Shown: positions 48,687 to 60,348 of the stretch, piece by piece | How the letters are laid out: each line of letters begins with the position of its first letter | Position numbering within the stretch: the first letter of the stretch is position 1 | Source of the DNA: Parvularia atlantis | Lineage: Eukaryota | Reading direction: 5' to 3' | Assembly: GCA_943704415.1 (NCBI GenBank) | Contig: CALSCO010001328.1 | Coordinates: 1 to 64,000 of the forward strand | Length of the DNA stretch: 64,000 nucleotides | Position numbers and translations under genes: made by a program | The notes under the pieces: model-generated | What the model saw: only the letters and a program-made list of their open reading frames with translations | Databases searched by the model: none | What the model was told of the DNA's origin: nothing

Positions 48687-50608
48687 ATGAGCCTCGCCCC
48701 GATCCCCGACCGCGTCCGCGACGTGCGCACGCGCGTCGAGCGCTTCATGGACGCGCACGTGTACCCGATCGAGCGCGCGGTGCTCGCGCGGGGCGCAGAC
48801 GCGACGGCGCTGCTGCGCGCGGCGCAGGCCGAGGCGAAGCGGCAGGGTCTGTGGGGTGCGCCTTGCTGGATGTTTGCACCCAGGCGCGCTGCTGATCGCG
48901 GGCGCCGGCGCAGCGCTCGGCCACCCAAAGGAGGGGCGCGCACGCACGCGCGCACGCACGCATCGCGCTGACACCGATGCGAAGGGCAGATTGGCGGCGG
49001 CGGCCTGCCGTTCATGGACTACGTGCTGGTGAACGAGGTGCAAGGCCGGAGCGAGATCGGGCAGCTGTGCCTCGGTGTGCGCGCGCGTGTGCGCCGTGTG
49101 CGCCGTGTGCTCCGTGTGCCCCGTGTGCCCCGTGCGCTCGCTCACCCTGCCCGCAGGTACGTTCACGCTGCAGGACTCGCTCATGTTCCACGCGTACGGC
49201 AATGAGCACCAACGCGCCGTGTACCTGCGCGGTCTCGTCGAAGGCACGATGTCGCCGTCGTTCGCGATGGTGCGCGTGTGCGTGCGCGGCGGGGCACGGC
49301 CGCTTACGCGGATGCTGCGACAGACCGAGCCCGCCGTCGCGAGCAGCGACCCGACGAGCCTGCAGACGCGCGCCGTGCTCGAGCGCGACGGGACCAAGGG
49401 CGACCTCGTCTGGGTGATCTCGGGGCGCAAGTGGTTCACAACCAACGCCAACGGCGCGGCCTTCACGACGGTCATGTGCAGGTGCGTGCGCATGTGCGCT
49501 CGTGTGCGCGCGCGAGGGCTGAGCGTGCGCGTGCATGGGGCCAGAACCGAGTTTGACGACGACGTGCCGGCGCACGCTGTCTTCTCGATGATCGTCGTCC
49601 CGACCAACACGCCCGTGCGCGCCGCCTCCGTCCCGCGCGTGCGCGCGCGCTGCCTCTGACTGCGCACACAGAGCTACAAGATCGTGCGCGAGACGCCGGT
49701 GGTGCGCGCGTCTGCGGCGCTCGCATGGGACGCTCACAGCTCGCGCGTGCACAGCTGGGCATCCTCGGCGGGCACTGCGAGGTGCACTTTGACAACGTGC
49801 GCGTGCCGGCCGACGCGCTGCTGGGCGAGCGCGGGCGCGGCTTTGAGATTGCGCAGGCACGCTCACCGCACAGCTCTGCTCTGCCGCGGCGCACCTGACC
49901 CGTGCCCGCCGCACGACAGCGCCGCCTCGGCCCGGGCCGCATCTTCCACTGCATGCGCTGGCTGGGCCAGGCGCAGCGCGCGTTCGACATCATGTGCCGG
50001 CGCCTGCACGAGCGCAAGATCCGCGGCGGGTGCGCCCCTGCGTGCCGTTGCTGCACGCCCGCGCGCCGACACTCGCGACACAGGCAGACGCTCGCGCAGA
50101 CGCAGCTGATGCAGCAGCACGTCTTCGAGTCGTACTGCGAGATCCAGGCGTGCCGGATGCTTACGCTCGCGGCCGCCGCGCGCCTCGACAGCGGCGACAG
50201 CGCGCGCGTGGACATCGCGGCGATCAAGGTCGTTGGCGCGGTGCGTTTGGCCGCCCCGGACGCCGTTGCACCGCTGAGCGTGCTGCGCCACGCAGCGCAT
50301 GCTGCACAGCGTGATCGACCGGGCGATCCAGGCGCACGGCGCAGCGGGCCTGACCGACGACACGCCGCTGTCGTACATGTACCGCGCCGGTGCGCGCGCT
50401 CCTGCCGTACCTCCTGCCATCACTGACGCGCGCGCGCGCGCCGCAGCCCGCTTCGGCCGCATCTACGACGGCCCCGACGAGGTTCGTGCCGCACCGCACG
50501 CAGGCCCGCCGCCCCTGACACTCGCGACAGGTGCACGTCATCAGCACGGCCCGCCAGTTGCTGTCGGTCTACCGCAACGGCGGCACGTGGGACTTTGCCA
50601 AGCTATGA
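48687..50608 (+). CDS. Acyl-CoA dehydrogenase (ACAD10/11-related, bacterial-like) with C-terminal PTS1
   Basis: GLWALGHPKEIGGGG, SFAMTEPAVASSDP, GRKWFTT, GHCEVHFDNVRVP, RRLGPGRIFHCMR and RIYDGPDEVH, ending -AKL TGA; 12 introns. Confidence 0.94.
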
Positions 50609-50657
50609 CCGCCCGTGTCTGTGGTGCTTTTTCTTCTACCAGCGAGCGTGCTACCGC

Positions 50658-52480
50658 TCAACCAATCTTCTTGACTATCTGAACGACGTCCTGCGCGGGC
50701 ACGTGCGATCAACCAGCGCGCCGGCGCGTCGGCGAGCCGGAGCGCGCGCACCTCGTCCTCGAGCACGTGGTCGATGCCGACCTTTTGTGGGTTGTGCTTG
50801 ACCGAGCTGCCCCAGATCCACGCGCTGTGCCGCACAGGCGGTGAGTTGCGTGCAGTGCGCGCTTCGCGCGCAAATGGCCACGCACTACTTGAACTGTTCC
50901 TTCAGCCCCTTGTGGATGCTGTTGCAAAAGTCCAGCACCGTGTTCTTGCCGCGCTTGAGCACGACCGGCGCCTCGTAGTCCGGCAGCTGCCCGCGCGGCT
51001 TGGTGTAGCTGCGGGCGCGCTCAGCCGCCGCAGCCGCAGCCAAAGCGCCCGCAACGCACATGCGCACGAGGTCGAGGTACACCCACGCCATATCAAGCAA
51101 CTCGTCAAAGTTCCACTCGTGCTGCGTGCGCGTGCGCACCGCGTCAGCTGGCCAGTCACCGTGCTGCCCCCGCGACGCACATGCGACGAGATCGGGCACG
51201 TGTGCGGCACGCGCGTAAGGATGTCTGCGCGCACAACGTCAGCGCCGCGCAACCGTCGCGCAAGCACATGTCCACACCGAGCTCCTGCACGGAGATCTGG
51301 TCGATCTTGTTGAGCACGTAGATGCACGGGATGTAGATGCTTGCGCGGCCGGCCGGTCAGGCGGACCCCCGCACGTGTGCCGTGTGCCGTGTGCCGCGCA
51401 CCGGTTGCCCTCGATCACGTCAATCAGCTCCTCGGCCGACGCGTCTTGGCGGAAGACGATGTCGGCGTTGTGGATGCGGTACTCGCCGCAGATCGCCTTG
51501 ACCTCTTCCGTCTCAAGCTTGGTAAGTGTGACCTGCACGCGCGTTCTTGGCTCAGCTTGCGCTGCGCTGCCGCTGTGCGCCCAACCGTGCTGCTGATGTT
51601 GAGCCCGCCCTTGTCCTTCTTGCGGAAGGTGATCGCGGGCGGCTTCGAGTTGAGGCGGATGCCGTAGCCCTCGAGCTCGGCCTCGAGGATCTTCTTGTGG
51701 CCCTGGCGCACCGCACGGGTCAGCGAGCGTCCAGCACGCCGCAAGCAAGGAGCCCACCAGCGGCTTGAGCACGTCGAGCACCATAAAGATCAGGCTGCAC
51801 GTGCGGGCCACTAGGGTGCGCGGCGGTTGGCCTTTGTGACGCTGAGCGGCGTCGGCGACGCACCCGCGATGACCTGCCGTCCTCGCCCCTTGCCGTCCTT
51901 GGCGCCCTCAATGATGCCGGGCAGGTCGAGGATCTGCGTGGACGCGCAGCGTCAGCAGGCACCGCGCGCAACGAACACACGCACCTGAAACTTGGCGCCG
52001 CGCACCTGCAGCACCCCGGGCACCTGTGGCGCGTTGCGTCACGCTCGGTACAGCGCGCGCGCGCACACGTCCAAAGCGCACCGTCGTGAGCGTCGTAAAC
52101 TCGTACGCGGCCACCTCCGAGTACGTGCCCGTGAGCTTGGTCATCAGCGTCGACTTGCCGACGGACGGGAAGCCTGCGCCGCGCGCACGGTCAGCGCCTC
52201 CTTGTCTTCCACTTCAACGGCTGTGCGGACCGATGAAGCCGATGCGCGCCACGCCCGTCTTGGCCACGTCGAAGCCTGCGCGCGCCCTCACGGCATCAGC
52301 ACGTGCCAGCGCTGAAGCCGCTCACACGCACGCACCCTCGCCCGGTCCGCCGCCGCCGCCGCCCTTCGGCTCGAGCAGCTCACGGCGCAGCTTGGCGACC
52401 TGGGCCTTGAGGCGCCCAAGGTGGTACGACGTCGCCTTGTTCTTCTGCGTCTTGGCCATCTCGGCCTCGATCTCCTGCAG

Positions 52481-52515
<35 letters not shown>

Positions 52516-52603
52516 GGCGCACGCGCGCGCACGGTGTGAGCGCCGGAGCGCACGACCGACCGGCGCGCAGCGGACGCACGGCGATGCGCTCAAGCACGCC
52601 CAT
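50658..52603 (-). CDS. DRG1: Developmentally regulated GTP-binding protein 1 (Rbg1)
   Basis: [70 protein letters not shown] and TGS domain [13 protein letters not shown]; 14 introns. Confidence 0.97.
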
Positions 52604-52713
52604 GGCTCACGCGGTCTGTGTATGTCGCGGAAGTGTGCCGGCGCACCTCGAAGCTTCGCAGAGCCTTCGACCGTTACGGATACTTTTTTTTTCCAGTAAG
52701 GCAACCTTCAGAC

Positions 52714-55070
52714 ATGCCGCTGTCGTCCGACCAAGGCGCGTGCGCGCCCGCGTACCCTGCTCGCTGCACGCAGGCTGCTGACGATCGCGCTGCTCGCAGT
52801 CAAGACGCCCAGCCGGCGCGCCAACCCGAGCATGAGCAAGATCCTCTCGCACGAGCCGCTCACGCCGCCGACCAAGCCTGACGCGGCGGCCAAGCTCACG
52901 TTCGAGGAACTGGCCGCACCGAGCAAGGAAAACGCGCCCGCGCCCTCCAGCAACGTCGCGAGCGTGCTCGGCGGCGCGCGCCCGGCCGCCAAGAAGACCG
53001 ACCCGGTCGCCGCCGCCGTCGCCGACCCGACGGACGGCTCGCAGGCGCTCAAGTGCGCGCCTCGTCCTGCGCGCTGCTCGCCGCCGCGGCTGACGTGAAG
53101 CACAGGCGCAGCGGCATCCGCACGTTCCACGCGGGCGCGGCGCCGTCGACGGCTGCTGCCGTGGACGCGAGCGCCGACCGCGTCGCGCGCCTCGAGCAGC
53201 AGCTGATGGCGCTGCAGGAGGAGCAGCAGGTACTCAAGGCGCAGGCGCAGCAGGGTGCGTGCCGCGCCGTTTCCACATCGCACGATCTCATGCGTCACCG
53301 GCGCGAGCAGAGGCCAAGGCGCACGAGGCCGCCGAGAAGCGCGTCGGTGAGAAGGTCGCCGAGGCGCAGCGGCTGCATCTGGCGGCGCAGCAGGGCACCG
53401 AGCGCATCGCTGTGCTGGGTGCAACCCCGGCGGGCGTGAACGTGCCGCTGCATGCTGACAACGACGTGGCACACAGAGAAGGAGCTCGAGGGCGAGCGCG
53501 CCAGCCGCCGCAACGACGCCAAGACGCACCAGGACGCCGAGGCGGCGGTGCAGTCGCAGCTCAAGAAGGAGCAGGCGCTGCGGTGCGATCTGCGCCTGCA
53601 GCACACGCAGCTGACATGAGCGGGCGTGCCCAACGCGACAGGCACAAGGCCGAGGCCGAGCTCTCGCGCGTCAACAAGCTGTACAGCGACGAGCTCCACA
53701 GCCGCTTGCAGAACGAGGCGCAGGCGCAATCGGTCAAGGTCGACCTCGAGAGCACGTCCAAGCGCCTTGAGGCGCAGGAGCAGAAGCTGTCGGACACGCA
53801 GAAGACGCGCACGCGCCGGTGCGCGCATGCTGCTCAACCACGCGCGCGGTGTCTCACGCCTTGCGCCAGCTCGCTCGACTTCCAGGAGGAGCGCAACCTG
53901 CGGCTGCAAGTGCAGGAGGACTTTGCGGCCTTCAAGGAGGAGACCAAGGGCGCGCTGGCCGTGCGCGACGCCCAGGTGATGCCGGTCGCCGTTGGTTTGG
54001 TGCTCGAGCTGACGCGAGACACGCAGATCGAGACGCTGCAGACCAAGCTCGCCGCGACCGAGGAGCAGCTCGCCATGGCCGACGGAGCAGTCAGCGTGGC
54101 CAACGCGGCCGCGACCAAGGCGGTGGCGCAGGTGGCCGAGCTCAAGAGCAGTCTTCTGGTTGCGACCGGCCGCGTCGCCGAGCTCGAACAGGTGCGCGAG
54201 CGTCCGGCGAGTGTGTACGGTCGCTCACGCCGGCCGCAGACGACCGCACAGCTACGCAACGACCTCACGGCCGAGCGTGCGGCGTACCAGCGGCTCGAGC
54301 AGCAGTGTGCCGTCGACGCCAACAAGACGCGCGGCGCCATGGAGGCCGCGCAAGAGCGCATGCTGACCCACCGCGACGACGCCTTGATGGCCCAGCGCGC
54401 GACGACGTCGAGCCAGGAGCAGCAGGCGCAGGAGCGGCGGGAACGCATGATGGTTCGTCTGCCGCCGTGCGGACAGGCACGCTGCTAAGCACGCGCTCCT
54501 GGCAGGCCCAGGACACGATCAGCCAGCTCATGGCCGTGCACGCTGAGCTGCAGCGCGAACTGGACCAGGAGCGCGTCGAGACGCGGCCGCTCTTGCAGCA
54601 GCAGCTGCAGGCGCGGGAGGTACGCGCTTGTGGAGTGATCGTGGGGCCGTTCGTGTGACGTGCGCCGCAGAGCGAGCTGGCCGCGTTGCTGCACCAGCTG
54701 CACGACGCGAGCGGGACGGTCGCGCAGCTGTCGAACGCGCGGCAGGACCTGCAGAAGCAGGTGTCGACGCTGCAGGAGGTGCACGATTTGCGTTGAGTCG
54801 CAGCGCGCGATGCTGATCTGCTCTCCGGGCGCACGTACAGTCGCTCCAGCTCGCCCTCGCCGAGAACAAGGCGCTGTCTGAGCGCGTCGACGTGACCGAG
54901 AAGGCAGTCGAGGCCCAGAAGGAGCAGAACCGCGCCGACCGCGCGCGCATGGATAAGGGTGCGCCCGTGCGCGCGCCCAACAGCCGCGCGTCCTCACCCA
55001 CGCACACGCACACGCAGAGATTGACATGCAGCAGCGCATGCTGCGCAGCACGTCGCGGACAGCCAAGTGA
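52714..55070 (+). CDS. Uncharacterised long coiled-coil protein
   Basis: Consistent spliced exons with heptad E/Q/L/A-rich sequence (VARLEQQLMALQEEQQVLK; IETLQTKLAATEEQL). The disordered N-terminus contains KEN and TP motifs. TGA at 55068-55070. Confidence 0.75.
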
Positions 55071-55202
55071 CGCGGCGTGCAACCTGTTCTCCCCCTCCTT
55101 GTGCTATGTGTGCCCGTGCAGAGTCCCCGAGTCCAGCAGCCAGTCTATATCGATAGTAGGCCTAACACGCGCGAAAAAAAAAAAAAGAAAACGCCCGGCG
55201 GC

Positions 55203-57056
55203 TCACAACCCCGGGTCTGCGCCGTCGTGCCGCTTGCCGGTCTCCTGCTCGAGCAGGTAGAGCAAATTTGGCAGCGTGTTGCGTACGTCCTGCGACAGCG
55301 GCCCGCGCGCCATGAGCAGCTGCGCCGGCGCGCGTGTGTCAGCCTGCGTCGCCCGCACAGCGTGCGCACGCGTGAGCGCACCTGCTCTATACTCTTGTTC
55401 AGCAGAAACACGCCCTTCTCGAACCTGCTGCGCTCGACGCCCTTGCTGTACAGCGGGAACCTGTGCGCACGCAGCGCTCAGGCACGAGTGCTGGGGCGCG
55501 CGCATGCGCACTCTGCGTTGCTGAAACCGTCCTCGCGGATGGTCGAGCGCGAGCCCACCGGGTTGATGGTGAAGATCAGCGGCACGTCGCAGTACACGGC
55601 CATGGCCAGCACCACCTGGGACGTCCACCCGAGCGCCGTTGCGATCTGCTCCTCGTCGCACCCTGCACGACACGGCGGTGAGCGCGACGCCGGGCAGCAG
55701 CCAGCGCCGCGCACCCTGGTAGTCGACGTTCGGCAGCAGCACGCCCATGATTGAGACGAGCGGCGCCGAGCCCTTGCCCGCCGCAACCGCCTTGACCACG
55801 CGCAGCTGGAACACCTCCTGCAGCTGCCGCAGCAGCAAGGCGCGCCGCGTCCGCACCATCGCGTGGGTCTGCCGGAGGATCTCGCTGCAGTGACCGCCGT
55901 CAGCACCGGCCCAGCCTCAGCCGCGGCGCGCACCGGTTCTGCTGGATCTCGGTCGCGATCGTCCGCAACTCGGCCGTCTGCTTGCCCAGCCGCTCGCGCG
56001 CGACGTCCAGGTCGGCCGAGCGCCGGCGCAGGTTCTGCAGTCGCTGCTCGTTGCTCGCGCGGTCTGCGGCGGTCTGTGCTCAGAAGCTGCATGGCGCGCG
56101 CACGCAGTGCCTGCCCGTCGCACGTACGCGCTGCTGCGGCGCTCCGCACACGCTCGAGCTCGGCCGCGAGCCGGTCGCGGCGCTCGCGGTGGCTTGCGTG
56201 GAGCTGCATCACCGCCATCGTGTGTCCCGACAGGGCCATGCGCTTGTCGAGCTCAAGCGCCAGCGCCTGCTTGTGCACGCGCACGTCCAGCAACACGCGC
56301 AGCTTGACAAGGATGCTGCGCGGCCCGCGTGTGAGCGCCTGGGCCGCGTCGTGCATCACTCGCCCAGCGCGCACGTCGCCAGCGCGGCCTCGTTGTACGA
56401 CTGCACGACGCGGCTCTTGTCGGCGCGCAGCAGGCCCAGCTTGTACTCGGGCTGCACGCCGTCCGCGGCGCCGTTCGCCGCGCTCGCCGCGCACGGGTCC
56501 AGCCCGAACCAGAGGCCGTTGACGCGGAACAGCAGCTCGTTCGCGCGCGTTGACGGCACCAGGTCCTTGAGCTGCGCGCGCGCACGGCTCGGCACACCCC
56601 GCACACGATGCAGGGCAGCGCCGCACGCACCTCCTCGCCCTGCGGCACCAGGCCGCGCAGGTCCACGACCCACTCGAGCAGGACGCGCCGTGTGGCGTCC
56701 GCGCCGTTGGCCGTGCTGGGCGGGTGCGCGTCGGGCACCCACCACACGCGCACGACCAGCGCTGTGCCCGCGAGGTCGACGCCGTCCGCGTACGCCGCGC
56801 TGCTGAACGGCGCCCACGACGGGTTCTGGGCGCGGGCGTGAGCCGCGCACACGAGAGCGCCTGCACGCACCATCGTTCCACGCAGCACCTCGCTGCTGTA
56901 GTAGTGCGCGCCGCCGTCCGCGTGCAGCGTGAACGCCACGCCGCCACTGCTGCCGCCTCTGCTGCCGCCCGCGTGCCGCGCCAGGTTGCGCCCGACGAGC
57001 TCCGTGAGGTGCCGCAGCCGGCGCTGCGACGTCGACAGCCGCGCTGCTGCACTCAT
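55203..57056 (-). CDS. UVRAG: UVRAG/Vps38 (class III PI3K complex II subunit)
   Basis: QRRLRHLTELVGRNL, YYSSEVLRGTMNPSW, EWVVDLRGL, NELLF, SYN, a coiled coil, IATALGWTSQVV...PL...GSRSTI and FEKGVFLLNKSIEQL...TLPNL. Confidence 0.9.
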
Positions 57057-57158
57057 GCCGTGCGGCTTCCCCGGTGCGTCACACCAGTGACTGGCGATAT
57101 GCAATCGACTTGGTAGGCCTATGTGTATGACTTTGGCTTCGCGCGCCACCGGTCACGG

Positions 57159-60100
57159 TCACGCAAACGCAAAGACGGCCTTGTCGCCTGCGACCATCCG
57201 GGCCGCCCGCGCGCTGCCGACGACGCGCTCGAGCCGCAGCACGTCGAAGCGCGTGAACAGGACCGTGCACGACGCGTCCTCGCCCGCCTCAAGCAGATTG
57301 AGCAGCTCTACGCCGGCGCGCGTCTCAGCACGATGCGTTGCGCACACAGCCCGGGCAGCGCACCGGGGTAGAACTGCGCGTTGGCCGGCGGCGCGTAAAA
57401 GACCAGGTGCCGAATGCCGCGCACGCGCAGCCGGCGGAAGAAGTGCAGGCGCTCGCTGCGCCCGACGAGCATCAGCCGCCTGCGCACACACCAACGCGAG
57501 GCGGCGCACCTGTACAGCATCAGGTCGCGCTGCCCGCTCAGGAACCGCGAGCGCGCGCGCGCGACGTTGCTGTCGCTTGTGTACCTGGCATTGCGTTAGC
57601 GCACATGCGCCCCTTGCGAGTGCCGCCACGCACTCGGACAAACCCGCGAAGGGCACCTCGATCGCGCGCAGGTGGTTGCGCAGGCGCACGTACTCAAAGT
57701 ACGTCGGCACAAAGATGCACGTGTGCTTGCCCGCCGTTGAGCTGCGCAACGCTGGCAGCACCTGCATCGCGCGCGCGTGTGTGAGTCTCTGTCGGCACGG
57801 CTCGCTCGCATTTCGCTGCACCTTGCTCACGAAAAACTCGAACCGCGCGTCCTCCGCCTGCGCTGGGTCGGTCGCCGGCACGCGGTGGTACACGTGCTGC
57901 AGCTGCCGCACGACGTGCCCGATCGAGCCGCTCTCGCTGGCGCGGCGCGTCTTGACCTTGCCCATGAAGTTGGCGCTGCACGCGGCCAGTCTCAGTCGGC
58001 GCGCGGATCGATTCGGCGGCGCGCACCAGTGCCGGTTGAACAGCGCGTTGGCCTCGGGGAAGGCAAAGTCACTCAAGACGATCGTCTGCCGCACGTGCCT
58101 GGCTAGACCGTCCAGCGACCACTGCCGCACGCGCGAAAAATCGCAGCCGTGCGGCTGCTTCGGCACCAGGTTCATGCACTCGAACACGTTCTGCACCACG
58201 CCCGGTCAGCCGCGCATCACCGCCACGCTACACCGCCGTCACTGGCGCACCAGCACGTGGTCCCAGTTCTGCATCGCCAGCACATGCGCGTACCCGACCA
58301 CGGCCACCTCGACCGACGACAGAAAGTCAAAGTCGCGCTTCTTCTCGCCTTCCAGCGCACAGCAGGCGTCAGACGTCGCACACGCAAGCGAGCAGGGCGC
58401 ACCCTCCGCGCCGATGACCAGGCGCAGGCCCAGCGGCGACGCGATGACGATGTCCGAGGCGTAAAAGTCGGCGTACAGCTTGAAGCTCTTGCGCGTGAGC
58501 TGCGCCGTCCCGTCCGCCTCAGCGCGCGCCGCATGCACATAGGCACGTGGCACACCTTGATGCCGATGCGGAAGCAGTCGTCGACGTTGCCGTCAAAGAT
58601 GCGCTCGTAGTCGGCCGGCTTAGGCGGCTTGGGTCTGGACACGCGTGCGCGACACACGGCGTCGGCACGCCACCGCTGCCGCAAACGCGACACACGCACG
58701 CAGGCGCGCCCGCCACCGCCGCCGCCGCCGCCGCCAGACGCTCCTCCTCGCGGCCGAGCCTGTCCTCGTCCGACAGGTCGTACTCGTCGAAGAAGCGCTT
58801 GCGGTTCTCGACAGTGAACGAGGCCTGCAGCACCGCGCACAGCTCAGCACATCACCGCGTCGCACCGCGCGCGCACGCACGTTCGGTTCGGCCACGGGCG
58901 CGAGCGCGATGATGTCCTGCACGAGCTGGAACGCCTGGTAGCGGAACGGGAGGATGACGAGCACCTTTGGGCGCGTGAAGCCCTGGTCGCGCAGCTCGAG
59001 CGCGCCGACGGCTCCGTGCAGCTTGGCCGTGTTGCGCAGCACGCGGTCGCGCGTCCTGATTGCCCCCCCGGGTGCGTCTTTTGAGCGGTGACGGCGCGCG
59101 GNNNNNNNNNNCCCCCCCCCCCCCCCCCGCGCGTGAGCACTGTGCGCAACGGCCTTCCGCGCGCACTTCATGGCGTGGTTGAGGCTGTGCAGCGCGACAA
59201 GGTGCCGCAGCTCCGCGTCCTGCACACCGCTCGTGTCAAGCGCACGCACACAATGCGCTACGGCGCGCACCGACGCCTGTGAACCCTGCGTAAAGTACAC
59301 GTCGCGGTACTCGGTGAAGTAGCCCATCAGCGCGGCCTGGAGCGGCGAGAAGGCCTCGCCGTTGAGGCGCTGCCACGGCGCGTGCAGGCGCTGCTTGATC
59401 TGCGCAGGCGGTGCCAGTCAGCTCACCCGCAGGCGGCACCGTCGAGCGCACGTTGAACACGGCGAGGTTGTCCTCGGCAGGCGCGATCTCGGCCGCGCTG
59501 TTGTCGTCGTCGTCGTCCTCGGCGTCCTCGGCGTCGCCCGGGGCGTTCTCGTACACGGCAACGCGCCCCAGCACCGCCGACGTGCGCTCGCGGCTGTGCC
59601 AGCGGAAGTCTGGCGCGGCCTGCAGCGACGCGGCCAGGTGCGCCTCCTCGGTCACGTCGTCGCCAAAATGCACGTCGAACCAGTCTGTGTGCGCACGCGT
59701 GAGCCAGCGAGCGACCGTCGTGACGCGCGCCTGAGCGCACCTGTGTGCTCTGCCGCGGGCGGGTGCACGCCCGTCTCCTCATCGTCGTCGTCGTCGTCGT
59801 CATCGTGGGCTGCACCTTCGTCGTCGTCGTCGTCGCCCACGGTGCTCGCGTCGACCGTGTCCGGCGCGCCCGCGGCAACGCGCCGCCTGCGCTTCCGCTG
59901 CTGCTTCGCGGCCGTCTCGCCACCCTCGTCTTCGCTGCTGCCGTCCGCCTCGCGCGCGCGGGTCCGTGCGGTCGGCGCCGCCGCGGTCGACGCGCCAAAG
60001 AGCTGCCGCAGCTGGTCGAGGGCCGACGGCTGCTCCCACGGCTCGTCGTGCGCAGGCGTTTCGTTGCGCTGCTGCTTCGCGGCCGGCTTGACCGACGATG

Positions 60101-60327
60101 CCGCCGAAGGTCGCCGCACTGCCGCCGCCGTCTCGTCAAACACGCGCACGGGCCGTCTGCGCGCGTGTCGCGTGGTCACCAACCAGCGCGACCGCGGCGC
60201 AGGGCGCGCACTCGTCGCCGCCGCCCTCGTCCGCGTCCGCCACGCCGCCGCCGACGCTGCCGTACTCGGCCAGCTGCTGCAGCTCGCGCCGGCTGAGGCC
60301 GCGGCGGCGACGCGGCGTCGAGCGCAT
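57159..60327 (-). CDS. UTP25: U3 snoRNA-associated protein Utp25 (DIEXF/Def)
   Basis: [75 protein letters not shown] and [11 protein letters not shown]. One intron contains an N gap. Confidence 0.96.
59102..59111. other. Assembly gap (10 N) next to a poly-C run inside a UTP25 intron
   Basis: N characters are present in the sequence. Confidence 0.99.
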
Positions 60328-60348
60328 GGCGCAGATTCTAACTGTGGC

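Noticed and set aside
49088..49135. 9-bp tandem repeat (gtgcgccgt-like) as a CRISPR-like or functional array
   Set aside because: It is a short intronic minisatellite without spacers.
52481..52513. Long poly-C/poly-G runs (also near 12937, 20301, 26400, 37366 and 59112) as G-quadruplex elements
   Set aside because: They lie in introns or probable introns, and one abuts an N gap, so they are most likely sequencing or assembly artefacts of uncertain length.
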